A stretch of 64,000 nucleotides of DNA from Octopus bimaculoides (GCF_001194135.2 NC_068983.1:72115108-72179107), one strand, 5' to 3'. Positions 24,487 to 37,078 are shown, counted from the stretch's first letter. The notes: generated by a model not told the origin, from the sequence alone. Made by a program: numbers and translations.

Positions 24487-25689
24487 TACCTGCTACTTTA
24501 TACCTCGTTCAAAAGTTAAACGAATTTTTCAGAAAATTCTTGTTTTGGGATGTTATGTTGCCCCCTGAAAGCTCTAAATTTCAATATATTTAGGCTAGAG
24601 TTAGAAAAGTAAACCAGCTGAAGAATGAAACTACATAAGTAAAATCATATATGTGGTAAATCATAAGCAAAACTGAGAAGAAAAAAACTCACAAAAAACA
24701 TCAGGTAAAAGTATAAAGCCAAAGTGTCAATAACTGAAAGAAAGAAATAACCACTGTTTCAGAGAGTTGTCCTGTGTCTAGAAAGATGACAGGAGAAGGA
24801 AAGGAAAAAGGAATTTGTAAGAAGGAAATGTGCAATTATCAAAGAAGTATGCCAACATGTTTTTATGATTTATAAATAATCTAGAACTTATAACAACAAA
24901 AGGGTAGAACTCCCCCTTCCTCTCCTTCTCTCTCTCTCTACACATTCAGATACATACATACATAAATACATGTATGTATTATGTACACAAATATACACAG
25001 CGTATATTTCAAGAAATGCCCTTAGCATTAAAGAGTATATATATTAAACCATAGATGATGATAATTATATGTCTATATTTCTGAGATGAGCTATTACTAA
25101 AGTAGTAAGTATTACTATAAACTTTTCTCTTTCAAGTAATGTTGTATTTTACTCATATTTTCTCATCTTCTTTAGGTCCATATTTTTATATGAATACATA
25201 TGCTATTATTAAATAAAAAGAACACAAAACTTTGGAAGAGTGATTACATAATATACATAGTAAAATAAAAAAAAGTTTTTTAGGTTTGTATGTTGCTGGA
25301 AAAAGAGTTTCTGACGTTTTGGACAAAGTTCTTCTTCTGGAAATGAAATATATTCTTCTTCATCCTCAATAGATGAGAACTCGGACATAGCAACAGAGTG
25401 GATGATAACAGAAAATAACTTAAAATCAGTTGTATGTATATGTTGGAGGGGAGTAGTATGAGAGAGAAAAGAACTTGGGAGAGGCTAAGGTTGGAAGTGG
25501 AGAGAAAATATGAGCAATAAGATAGTGGAGGAGGTTAGAATGGCAAGGAAGTGGGGAAGAATAATGGTTGGTTTAAAGCAGGGAGTATTTCTATTTTGAG
25601 GCAGGGTCAACAAAAGTAAACTAGTATGGAGGAAAAATGTAAAATTTATCAATATTTCCAATAATGATTGTACATCTATGTCACATGAG

Positions 25690-25890
25690 ACCACCTTTCA
25701 GAGGTGGTCACTCAACCAGCTAGAAATAGTAATCAAAGTTCCCTTAAAAATCACAATCTACCATCTTAAAAAAAGAAAGAGACATTGGATAATGTAGTCT
25801 CTGATAAATAAAAAGATGGGATACTCATAAATGTAACACCTTTCATCATAGGTTTGCTTGTTCCAGGGTAAATTAGAACTCAGCAACATG
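25690..25890 (+). mobile_element. Unclassified SINE-like repeat
   Basis: gctagaaatagtaatcaaag...acattggataatgtagtc...cataggtttgcttg...aacaacaataa. Confidence 0.5.
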
Positions 25891-26849
25891 AACAACAATA
25901 ACACTTTCAGTACACATCACTCTGCTACTCACTTATCATACAGGGTATATAAAGGTTTGTTTATTATTTCAATCTGGTGTCCTTTGAAATAAAGTTAATA
26001 TGGCAGGTGTTTATTTTGAAGTATAAGTATAGGAATGTGGTCATCTGTGTTCCTTAGCCCAATGTTTGCCTTGATCCAACATTTTTTTGATTAAAACATT
26101 CCACCTATAGTCATCGCATCAGTGCAGGAAGCAGTACATTATCCAATGTGTCTTTTTAATGATGGTAGTGTGTGAGTTGAAGAGACTGAGCTGCTACTTC
26201 TAGCAGAACAAGCAACCACATAAAGGCTCTTTTATTGGATTGTAACAAAGTTGCTTTAGTAAGATTCAATTCCTTAGTGAATGCAATACAAAAAATTTAG
26301 GTAAACCTCTTGAAATGCTTTCTCCAAGGAGTCCTACAAAGTTTGTAGTTTGGATCATGCATTCTAAGACAAAATGAATATAGATGATAGAAGGCAAACA
26401 AGCAGAGTCTGTAGTTAAACCTGAGGAGATAGGAAGAGAGAAAGCTTGAAAGTGAATTTGGTATTTAGACAATTCAATAAGTACAATAATTGTGAGAAGT
26501 AACAGTTAAAAGGATTTATGACAATATCACTTATACAATAAATCTGCCTATGAAATATACATTACACTTCAAAGATTCTAGAATGCATGGTGAGGTTCTA
26601 GATGATTCTAAAATACATATACACACAACCAGGCCTATTCTCCATTTTTTCTTTTTTTTTTTAAGAGAGGGTAGCCACAGCAAGGAATTCCATTCATTTC
26701 CCAGCTCAAAGGAGTGAGCCCCGTTTTATGCTCGGGTCAAGGCATAGAACGCAACTCCCAACAAGGCATAGAATGGGGCCCAACAGCATATGCTGATTTA
26801 CTCCTGCCACATCATGCTGATTCCGTACCCTTTTGAGCAACATCAGAAT

Positions 26850-27070
26850 TCACTCATCCATACACAAACACTCTCCAAGCTTTCCTACCATTTATAAACT
26901 CTCTTACCTCTCTCACTCCAACACCTCTAACTACCAAAGCTTTCCTGACTCCATCCATTCACACAAACCGAGGTCTGTTTCTGATCCTGCTGCCTACCAC
27001 TTCAGCCTTTATTACCCTCCTTACCATCCACTCCATGTGGCCAAACCACCTCAACATTCATCTATCCAAT
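26850..27070 (-). mobile_element. RTE-clade LINE 3' fragment
   Basis: Minus frame MLRWFGHMEWMVRRVIKAEVVGSRIRNRPRFV*MDGVRKAL..RG....E.REF...RKAWRVFV is a typical RTE ORF C-terminus. Confidence 0.8.
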
Positions 27071-27407
27071 TTGGATTTTATATATGAATGGTATGGTGAC
27101 AGAGGTAAATGCTAGATTCTAAAATGAATGTAGTGAAATAGAGGCAAGATGATAATCTTTCTATGTTTGTATAGGTCCATAACTATTTAGTAATATTTTC
27201 CTGCTAGGTGCTATAAACTTTTGGTAGATTGGGACAATTGACAGCAATGTCTTCTTTGCATTCTAACAAAACACAATCTGTTTTTACTCTATAAGGTCAA
27301 ATGGCAGCTAAAGGAAAGGCTGGTGCGAAAATGGCAGATGCTATTGCCAGGAATGTGACATAAGTAAATCTAAGAAACAAGACTTTTGGTGACATGATAA
27401 AGCTAAA

Positions 27408-27408
27408 C

Positions 27409-27442
<34 letters not shown>

Positions 27443-27500
27443 TATAATAATAATAATAATTATAATAATAATAAATTATTATTATTATTATTATTATTAA
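27408..27500. repeat. (AAT)n followed by (ATT)n: self-complementary microsatellite
   Basis: An AAT run switches to an ATT run at ~27475. Confidence 0.85.
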
Positions 27501-29869
27501 TAGATAAAATTAAGTACTGACTTTAGTTTGATGCAGTCACATTTCACCTATTGATAACGAGCAGGCAAGAAAAGTAAAATCTCCTGTCAACAAATTGAAT
27601 TTACTTATTTCTTTATCAAAACTCTCTCCATACCATTCATCAATTCTATGAGCCCAAATATCTCCTCTGTCATCAAAAAGAAAGATGCTTTCATTATTGA
27701 TGAACACATGAGAAATAAAGTATTTTAGAGTGCTGGGAAATAACTCTGACAAATGAGATAAATATATTTCATGCTTTTGTTTGTGAGAGTAACAAAACTA
27801 AAACGAAAGGATACATTTTCATAAAGGAAATACAAAAACAGATGTAACTTTTTATTTAAACATTAAAAAAAATTTTTTGCAACTAATTTCTTCTTCTTAC
27901 TATTATATGGGGGTTTAACAGTCGAGTTCACACTTAAATAAAGATCAATTTGCCAAAATATGGCTTTCAATCATTTTCTTTGAAATTATCAAATTATAGG
28001 AAATTCCTTCTGAAAAATATTATTCATACATTTCGTTATGAGCTTCATATATATGTTAAAATTATCACTGTGTATGTTTTTTAAAAGTTTGATTTGCTTA
28101 GTCTCCTACACTGATGATTGATTTCTCTTTTCTTGCCTCATTTTCTATAACTTCATCACTTTATTTTTTTTCTTTTAACTATCCATATCTCCCTTCTCTT
28201 TCTTTATTCTTAACTTAGAACAAGAATAATGTCTGCAGTAGTATTTTACAAGCTGATATGCTACTCAAGATCATGTTTTCAATTGGCATGATCAAAAGCA
28301 TAAGAGAATTTTAAGTCTCCACCAGGCCCTAAGCTGCAAGAAGCTTGAGTTAAGAGCTTGTCTAGAATTTTACAGCTTTCAAGTTGTTTCTTTTGTTGCC
28401 TTTAGAGAGGAAGAAACACCTGAAACACATTATACAAATCATGGTTTACTTCTTTATATCTCACCTTACCACCTCTATCATGCTGACAATACATATTGTA
28501 AGGTTACTTTCCAACAGCTTTTACTCATAGGATGATGCTATAAAAATTGGTCTAATTTCTACAGCTAAATGCATAACAGATTTGTTCCCTTCCTAATCTA
28601 TTTTGAGTTATGGTGACCAGAGAACTTGCAAAACTGAGTAGCTGTAAGTATAAATTTTTCAACAATTTGTTCAATGGCTTTTATGTTTCTTTTAATTCAA
28701 CAGGCATGCAAATGTATTATTTTCACTTTACATACTAGAAGGAGAGAGTTAAGTTAGGATTATGTTGATTCAAAAGGATTTTTTATTTATTTCTACAACT
28801 TCAGACAATTTAGTGAAAAATATCTAAAAATATCACCATAACAAGTAGATTAAAAAGTCCTTATCAAAAGTTGTTTTAACAGTTGAGATTCTCAAGACCT
28901 ACATTCCAAATGAATTTCGTTGATAGAATCAACAAATCTCAGTTACTCAGCTAAAAATAAATCACATACTCAAACATAGAAACAATCATTTCATCATCCA
29001 AGAATAAAATAAATTGATGTACACAGGGCAAAAAAGGGAAATTCCCACATTGCAATTATATTAATGAGACACACTTCTTGTGAATTACAATGATATTTTG
29101 GTGTTGATTTAGATTAAGTGTTGCAGATGAAAAGGTTACACTGGGATTTAGAACATTCTCAACTGTTGCTATGTCAGTTTACTGAATAATACCAACAGGC
29201 ATCAGTCATTTGTGTGCTTCTAATTAAAAGGGAAACTGAAGTATATTGAAGAGATACAGAGAGAGAGAAAAAAATAGATGTTTAGATGGTGGGAGAGAAA
29301 ACAACAAATAAAAGAAAGAAATTTTTTTATCTTAATACAATGTTATGGAGAATGCTGAAGAATAATTTAGCTACTGTTTCTAGTAATTCAATCATTTGTC
29401 CTGGTAAGACAAATTTAATGACATTTTTATCTCTATCTGGCTCTCATTTACAGAACTGACTCATTCTAAACAACTAAATGCCAAAAACAGATTCAATTCC
29501 AAATTTTTTTCAACTCACTCATTCACATACACAAATAAATAAAAGGTATGAATTTTCTATTAAAAAAAAACTATTCATGGTGAATTCCTCAAAGCATGTT
29601 CGAACTCATAAACAAGCCATTCACTCTGTTTTGTCATGGAGAAAATTTGTCGCAGTAAACAAATGGTGTAAATACACCTAAATAAATGGCTTTTATCCAA
29701 ATATTGACTATGTCCTTTTTCTTAATAAATAAAATCTGTATACCACTTTAAACAATCTAAATATATACATCTATAATTGCCCCTGCTACCTGAGGTACCA
29801 TCTGGATACCTCATCACCAGTGTCTGTCTCCTCGAAGATACCTCTACTTTATTCTCACTCTCTCTCTCT

Positions 29870-30230
29870 CTCTCCTAAATGTGAGTAACCATGTAGCTAC
29901 TCTACAAGAAGCTGCTCTACTGCAACCTCTTCTCTCATACCTTAACCCCCATCTAGCATGCAGAGGCAACATCCTCCCTCCCTTGGTTTGTTGACTTATG
30001 AGCTCAATAGTGGTGACCTCAATAGTGCCAGTGACAAAAGAAAAGCACCCAGTACACACTGTTAAGTGGTTGGTGTTATGAAAGGCATCCAGCCATAAAA
30101 GCCATGCCAAAGTAGATACTGGAATACAATGCAATCCTTGGCTCATAGGATCCTTGTCAAATCATTCAACCCATGCCAGCATGAAACATGGACATTAAAT
30201 TATGAAGATGATGATGATGATGATGATGGC
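29870..30230 (+). mobile_element. SINE with Meta-like core and (GAT)n tail
   Basis: aaagcacccagtacac...ggttggtgttatgaaaggcatccagccataaaa...aacccatgccagcatgaaac.tggacattaaa..atgatgatgat. Confidence 0.7.
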
Positions 30231-30256
30231 AACTATGATGTGTATACATATATATA

Positions 30257-30744
30257 NNNNNNNNNNNNNNNNNNNNNNNNNNNNNNNNNNNNNNNNNNNN
30301 NNNNNNNNNNNNNNNNNNNNNNNNNNNNNNNNNNNNNNNNNNNNNNNNNNNNNNNNNNNNNNNNNNNNNNNNNNNNNNNNNNNNNNNNNNNNNNNNNNNN
30401 NNNNNNNNNNNNNNNNNNNNNNNNNNNNNNNNNNNNNNNNNNNNNNNNNNNNNNNNNNNNNNNNNNNNNNNNNNNNNNNNNNNNNNNNNNNNNNNNNNNN
30501 NNNNNNNNNNNNNNNNNNNNNNNNNNNNNNNNNNNNNNNNNNNNNNNNNNNNNNNNNNNNNNNNNNNNNNNNNNNNNNNNNNNNNNNNNNNNNNNNNNNN
30601 NNNNNNNNNNNNNNNNNNNNNNNNNNNNNNNNNNNNNNNNNNNNNNNNNNNNNNNNNNNNNNNNNNNNNNNNNNNNNNNNNNNNNNNNNNNNNNNNNNNN
30701 NNNNNNNNNNNNNNNNNNNNNNNNNNNNNNNNNNNNNNNNNNNN
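30257..30744. other. Assembly gap (~488 N) within (TA)n
   Basis: Run of N. The poly-X ORFs spanning it are artefacts. Confidence 1.
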
Positions 30745-30796
<52 letters not shown>

Positions 30797-31449
30797 CAGG
30801 CAGATAGATAGATAGATAGGTCACCCTTCTCCATAGAAAAACTAATATTATAGTTAATTATTTTTATCTTGAAATATACATTCATCTACTTAACTGTTTA
30901 AATAGTATTCACATGGCAACAGTTGGTTTAACTTCGATTTGCTTGCATTTCTCTTTCTCTATAGAAAGAAATGTAAAATTTTGCATGCTTTCTAATTAGT
31001 GATTCACTTGCTAATAATTTGGTAAGTTACTGAAAGGTTCATTGATGAACCTTTGAAAATATATAAATAAATATAATACAGCCAATGCTTTCCTCAATAC
31101 TTACTGATGAAAATAATATTAGTCATCAACTAATATTATTTTTTTTAATTACCAATTATCAGAATTTAACCTTTGCATGTTTTGATCATTAAATATGTTT
31201 TAGCAAGAATTGCTGTGTGGTTAAGAAGTTTGCTTTGCAACTATGTGATTCTGGCTCTGATCCAACTGTATGACACTCTGGGCAGGTATTTTCAACTGAA
31301 GCCAAAGCCTTCCGATGGCTGGATGCTATACAGAAGTCCATCTACCAATTGGATAGGGTAAGCTGATATCTAGCTCAGAATTTGATAGTTTATGATATGC
31401 TTGTGGTCCTCAAAATTCTCTGGTCTTCCTAGTTGTAAATAGGTACCAT

Positions 31450-31669
31450 ACTCTTTACTCTTTTACTTGTTTCAGTCATTTGACTGCGGCCATGCTGGAG
31501 CACCACCTTTAGTCGAGCAAATCAACCCCAGGACTTATTCTTTGGAAGCCTAGTACTTATTCTATCAGTCTCTTTTGCCGAACCGCTAAGTTACGGGGAC
31601 GTAAACACACCAGTATCGGTTGTCAAGCGATGTTGGGGGGGGGGGACAAACACAGACACACAAACATAT

Positions 31670-31706
<37 letters not shown>

Positions 31707-31863
31707 CGAGGGACTTCTTTCAGTTTCCGTCTACCAAATCCACTCACAAGGCTTTGGACGGCCTGAGGCTATAGTAGAAGACACTTGCCCAAGGTGCCAC
31801 GCAGTGGGACTGAACCCAGAACTAAGTGGTTGGTAAGCAAGCTACTTACCACACAGCCACTCC
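31450..31863 (-). mobile_element. Full-length bipartite tRNA SINE with internal (TA)n
   Basis: The reverse complement reads ggagtggctgtgtggtaagtagcttgcttaccaaccac...gggttcagtcccactgcgtggcaccttgggcaagtgtc...(TA)n...ggtgctccagcatggccgcagtcaaatgactgaaacaagtaaaagag. CpGs are well preserved. Confidence 0.85.
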
Positions 31864-32876
31864 CCGTATAAGAGAAAACTGAACTCAAGAGAAAGGCAAT
31901 GGCAAACCACTGCTATGAAGTACCAGAAAAGTCTTGCAAACACAGATGTTCCACAGGTCAGCAAAAGCCAGATTTACCTTGATGGTTACATCTATTCATC
32001 CATCCATACATTCATCAGCATAAATGTCTAGTAGCATTCTTAGTTTACTTGGATGATAAGCTCCAAATATGAAGTTTATTTAGGTTTCAATATCACAATT
32101 ATAAAAATTAGGTATCAAAAAAAGAAAACTGGAAATGTCCAATCATTTTTAGAGCACAAAGGTATTTATGAGAATTAAAATCAGAATGTGGAAACTTTTA
32201 TCCAATGGCATGAAAATGAAAATCATATAAGATGAACAGGAAAAAAAGAGAAAAAAGAAAAACAGTAAAAGAGGAAAGTCTGTATTCAATGGTAGGAGGG
32301 GGCGTTTCTCAGAGACTGATCTCAGTGATGAGTATGGCTATGGAGAAATTGATGGAAATTGCTCATTGATTGCTTTTGTGTGTGTGAGTAAAATGTGTGT
32401 GTATATATAAATATATATATAAAATGTATACATGTATATACACATATACGTGTGTATGCACGTATGTATATTTGCATGAGCACACACATGCATGTGTGTG
32501 TAGGGGGTTGGGGTGCATGTATCTTTCACCATGGCAAACAGAAAATCAATAAGCAAGCTTGTATTTTCAAGTAATGTGAGCACAAAAGATTGGGATGGTG
32601 TGAACTGTGGGGATTGTTTTGACTTGACTTAAGGCAGGATATTAAGAGTTGCATACAACAGGGAAGATTTAGTTGACAGAGAAATGCATAAGGAAGAGAT
32701 GAAAGGGAGTGGAAGAACAAATATTGAAAGCTAGGCATTAGTCTTGGCCATGGATGAAATAATCTGTGAATATGGAGTAAAGATTGGTTGGATATCATGT
32801 TTATAAAACTCCTTTATTATAGGAATTATAAGGATAAAAAGTAGCAAATAATAATAGTAATTCATTTTAGGTTTTA

Positions 32877-32914
<38 letters not shown>

Positions 32915-33248
32915 TGTGTGTGTGTGCATGCATGTGTGTGCATGCATGCACACATGCATGTGCCATAATGAAAAAGGAATATTTAAATATATGCACATAT
33001 TATAAAGGCCTCATAGATATGCTATTGTAATATGCTATGTAGAAGGACCTAACCAATAGCAACATGTACAATATTTCCAATTCTATGTACCACTATTCAT
33101 AAGTACTAAACTCCAGTGAAAAGAAACAAAACAAAGAATTAGAGATGTTGGAACAAGTTGAAATATTGATCCCTAAACCAATAGTCACTTGAATCCTGAA
33201 AATATTAGATTCACTTCAATTAACTAAACTACATTACACTACACTTAT

Positions 33249-33638
33249 GTTGTTCTTGTTGGCACTCCATCGCTTATGACGTCGAGGGTTCCAGTTGATC
33301 CGATCAACGGAACAACCTGCTCGTGAAATTAATGTGCAAGTGGCTGAACACTCCACAGACATGTGTACCCTTAATGTAGTTCTCAGGGATATTCAGCGTG
33401 ACACAGTGTGACAAGGCTGACCCTTTGAATTACAGGCACAACAGAAACAGGAAGTAAGAGTGAGAGAAAGTTGTGGTGATAGAGTACAGCAGGGTTTGCC
33501 ACCATCCCCTGCCGAAGCCTCGTGGAGCTTTAGGTGTTTTTGCTCAAGAAACACTCACAACGCCCGGTCTGGGAATCGAAACCGCGATCCTATGACCGCG
33601 AGTCCGCTGCCCTAACTACTGGGCCATTGCGCCTCCAC
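33249..33638 (-). mobile_element. Young full-length tRNA-derived SINE
   Basis: Head (minus) gtggaggcgcaatggcccagtagttagggcagcggactcgcggtcataggatcgcggtttcgattccc with A/B-box-like motifs; near-identical to 36695-37078. Confidence 0.85.
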
Positions 33639-33949
33639 TACACTTATACACAAGCAGAATAACTACAAAATAATATATTGGACCGTCAGTTCAGAGATCT
33701 TTTGTTCAAATTCCTTGCATGGGAATTGTTGAGTATTTGGAGGTTCTATGTACCTAATAGTTCACTTGAGGCTGAAGAATATGTACCAGATACTTTTAAA
33801 ATACAATAGATCAATGTTACTCAAGGCAGGGAACATGCTCCAGCAGTGAGAAATGTGACAATATTTTGGTGGTATGTGGATTAATTTAGAACAGGGTATA
33901 AGTAACAAGCGAATGAAACTTGCAATAAAGTTTAAATTAAAACTTCTTT

Positions 33950-34110
33950 GGCAGTGAGGTAAGAAGTTTGCTTTCCATACATGTCATTCTGGGTTTACTC
34001 CCACTGTATTACATCTTGGGTGTCTATTACTATAGCTCCAGGCTGACCAAAGTCTTGTTAGTGGATTTGATAGATGGAAACTGAAAGGAACTCATTGCAC
34101 GTGTGTGTGT
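33950..34110 (+). mobile_element. SINE 5' half, degenerate (family of 43647)
   Basis: gtgaggtaagaagtttgcttt...gctgaccaaagtcttgttagtggatttgatagatggaaactgaaag. Confidence 0.6.
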
Positions 34111-34306
34111 GCGTTTTACAGTCTCTTTGCTCTGACATTACATGATAGTTGTAAACAAGTGTCACCATCATGCATGCAGTGTCCTTCATTTCCATTAACA
34201 TATGTGCCCAAAGGGAAATATTGGTTTAATACAGTTCTATATTTAAGAGATGAGGAACTATGTACATTATTTACATTTGACAGATATTTGTCCTCATCTT
34301 GTTGTT

Positions 34307-34352
34307 AACACAATGTTTCGGCTGATATACCCTCCAACCTTCATCAGGTGTT
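34307..34352 (-). ncRNA. Minimal type I hammerhead ribozyme motif
   Basis: Minus strand: AACAC-CTGATGA-A-GGTTG GAGGGTATAT CAGCC-GAAAC-ATT-GTGTT. Stem I 5 bp, stem II 5 bp (1 G-U), extra A after A9. Stem III AACATT looks like a CpG-decayed AACGTT palindrome. Confidence 0.75.
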
Positions 34353-34450
34353 TTGGGGAAATTTCAAACCTGTGTTCTCATTCCTAAAGTGTTTTTCGAT
34401 GTTGCTGTTGTTGTTGTTGTTGTTGTTATTATTATTATTATTATTATTAT

Positions 34451-34525
34451 TCAGGTCACTGCTTGGAATCAAACTTGGAATCTTGGGGTTAGTAGCCCGT
34501 GCTCTTAACCACTACACCATATGCC
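34451..34525 (-). other. tRNA-like (SINE-head) module inside the PLE tail
   Basis: GGCATATGGTGTAGTGGTTAAGAGCACGGGCTACTAACCCCAAGATTCCAAGTTTGATTCC: A-box-like TGGTGTAGTGG and B-box-like GTTTGATTCC; no proper acceptor stem, so not a functional tRNA. Confidence 0.6.
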
Positions 34526-34932
34526 AGTGAGCAATTATGGAGTGAATTTTTAGGGCTTATAAAATCTAATATTTTCCTATCCTTCCTTAATACCAGTTCC
34601 CATATGCTATTCATATCTGCACACAGTCTGCTTAGGAGGTTGTTGTGTCCTAGTATATGTGCTGCTTCTTTTAGATTTCATATTTTCCAGTGGTGTTCTC
34701 TGTCTATCATTTTAACTTCATCCCACAGGAGGTGGTCTCCATTTTTCCATACATGATCAGCTATATCTGATTTATCAATATCTCCTTGTGTCACAGCTTT
34801 CCGATGTTCCTCTACCCTTTTTTTGAGGAGGTGACATGTTTCACCTTTGTATAACCTACCACAGCAACATGGGATGGAGTACACGCAGTTTTTGGTCATA
34901 TTTTATTCTATTAGTGGTTTTACCTGAAGGAG

Positions 34933-35175
34933 ATATTTTATCTGATCACACACACACACACACACGCACACACACACACACAAATAAACGTGCTTCTATG
35001 CTTTACTTTATATCAACATCTTTTCAAATTTTAATCTTAGGAACTATTCATTTTGACATGGCTATTAGACCATTTTACTGCATACTACCAGTGTAAAAAA
35101 ATAAAAATCTATTCCCATAAGCAAAATGTGAGGCTTTTTGAGAAATAAAAGGAGAAAAAAGAATCATTTGGAAAT
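34933..35175 (+). repeat. Local direct duplication, copy 1 (copy 2 at 35959-36185)
   Basis: atattttatctgat(ca)n aaataaac.tgcttctatgctttactttatatcaacatc...gaatcatttggaaat is present twice, ~1.03 kb apart, with high identity. Confidence 0.9.
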
Positions 35176-35958
35176 TTTGGCTTACTTGGAGTTTGGGAAG
35201 GGTTGATGATAAGAGCATCCAGCCATAGAAAGTCTGCCTGAAGAAAATTTTGTCTAACCCATGCAGGCATGGGAAAATGGGTGTTACAACGATGATGATA
35301 ATATATATTAACTTTGTTCATGGTGGGGCACCCATTTTTGGCAAAAACTGAGGTTGGGTGTGAGACAAAAAGATTTGAGAAAAACTGTAACAGACCAATG
35401 TCCTATCCAGCAGAATATCTCTTATTGCTTAATATCATTAAACTAGAGATAAGCTCTAACCCAACCACCAAATAATAAATAACACCTTCAACTCCAGACT
35501 GAGGGATACAAATACAATATTTTGAAGTAGAGAAAGGCAGTTTGAAAACTAGTTTTAAATTCAGTATACTAAGAATATTATAATGCTAATTATATCTATT
35601 ACAATACTAATTACACCTATTACCAATGGTATTAAAATGCAATTATATCTGTTAAGATAAATCTTTAAACCTCTACAGATATAAAAATATTTTCATTATG
35701 TACTAATAATAACTTACAAAAATATCAGTTTTAAATTATCCGAACGATTTGTTTACAGTTAGCTGGTTTCCTTTATAGTTCCTGAAATACTCTATCATCT
35801 TCTGAAAGCAAATTTCTCCATCTATGCAATGACTAACTTAGCAGAAACACAAACGAACAAATCAAATATAATATTCTAGCAAACCCTAAAAAGTCATTTT
35901 CAAAACTTTTGATTTGTCCTTTCATCTAAAAAACATCTGAAAGAAATATCAAAAATCA

Positions 35959-36185
35959 ATATTTTATCTGATCACACACACACACACACAAATAAACATG
36001 CTTCTATGCTTTACTTTATATCAACATCTTTTTCAAATTTTAATCTTAGGAACTATTCATTTTGACATGGCTATTAGGCCATTTTAATGCATACTACCAG
36101 TGGAAAAGAATAAACATCTATTCTCATAAGCAAAATGTGAGGCTTTTTGAAGAATAAAAGGGGGAAAAAAGAATCATTTGGAAAT
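35959..36185 (+). repeat. Local direct duplication, copy 2
   Basis: Matches 34933-35175, with a shorter CA tract. Confidence 0.9.
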
Positions 36186-36694
36186 ATTTAAGAAAACTTT
36201 AAGAGTCTGAATAATCCATCAGCATTATGACAGCACAGGGATTTAGACTATTGTGAAGGATTAGTTGAACTGAAGGTTTAAAAAAAATAGTGTACGTTAA
36301 AAGGAAAGAAATAGAAATAGAGGAAAAAAATGGATTATGAAAGTTAAGATAATAAAATTAGAATGAAGGAAGAAACCTGAGTGGAGACTATGACAGAGGA
36401 TTGGCTCAAAATTATAACTCTGATCAGATTCCAGGAAGAGAAAAAGAAATTATTATAGTAATAGTTGGTTTGAACATAAGGACATGGCTATAAATTTGTG
36501 AAGAGGAAACAGTCAATTAAAATGATCCCAGAACTTCACAGGTATTTTATTTTATTGAGCCCAGAAGGATGAAAGCAAAGTTGACCTTGGTGAGATTTGA
36601 ACTCAGAATGTAAAGAGTCATAACTAAATACTATTAGGTGTTTTGTCTGATGCTGTAATGATTCTACCAATTCACCACCCGTATGATTATAACA

Positions 36695-37078
36695 GTTGTT
36701 GGCACTCCGTCGCTTACGACGTCGAGGGTTCCAGTTGATCCGATCAACGGAACAGCCTGCTCATGAAATTAACGTGCAAGTGGCTGAGCACTCCACAGAC
36801 ACGTGTGCCCTTAACGTAGTTCTTGGGGATATTCAGCGTGATACAGTTTGACAAGGCTGACCCTTTGAATTACAGGCACAACAGAAACAGGAAGTAAGAG
36901 TGAGAGAAAGTCGTGGTGAATGAGTACAGCAGGGTTCGCCACCATCCCCTGCCGAAGCCTCGTGGAGCTTTAGGTGTTTTCACTCAATAAACACTCACAA
37001 TGCCCGGTCTGGGAATTGAAACCATGATCCTATGACCGCGAGTCTGCTGCCCTAACCACTGGGCCATTGCGCTTCCAC
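36695..37078 (-). mobile_element. Young full-length tRNA-derived SINE
   Basis: Collinear with and highly similar to 33249-33638. Confidence 0.85.

Larger units (their letters stand above)
34215..34932 (-). mobile_element. 3' part of a Penelope-like element (GIY-YIG end plus tail with tRNA-like module and hammerhead)
   Basis: Minus ORF KNCVYSIPCCCGRLYKGETCHLLKKRVEEHRKAV...KSDIADHVW...LWDEVKMIDREHHWKI, continuing KEAAHILG (GIY-YIG of PLEs); followed by a tRNA-like sequence, (AAT/AAC)n and an HHR. Confidence 0.85.

Noticed and set aside
27296-27363. Plus-strand acceptor followed by GQMAAKGKAGAKMADAIARNVT*
   Set aside because: Reads like protein but is only 22 codons, with no recognisable homology and no supporting upstream exons found.
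30129-30885. Five long ORFs (200-240 aa) across 30.1-30.9 kb
   Set aside because: They are almost entirely X from the N gap plus microsatellite translation.
33561-33638. tRNA-like sequences at SINE heads (also 34451-34525 and 37000-37078)
   Set aside because: They lack complete acceptor stems and continue into SINE bodies, so they are not called tRNA genes.
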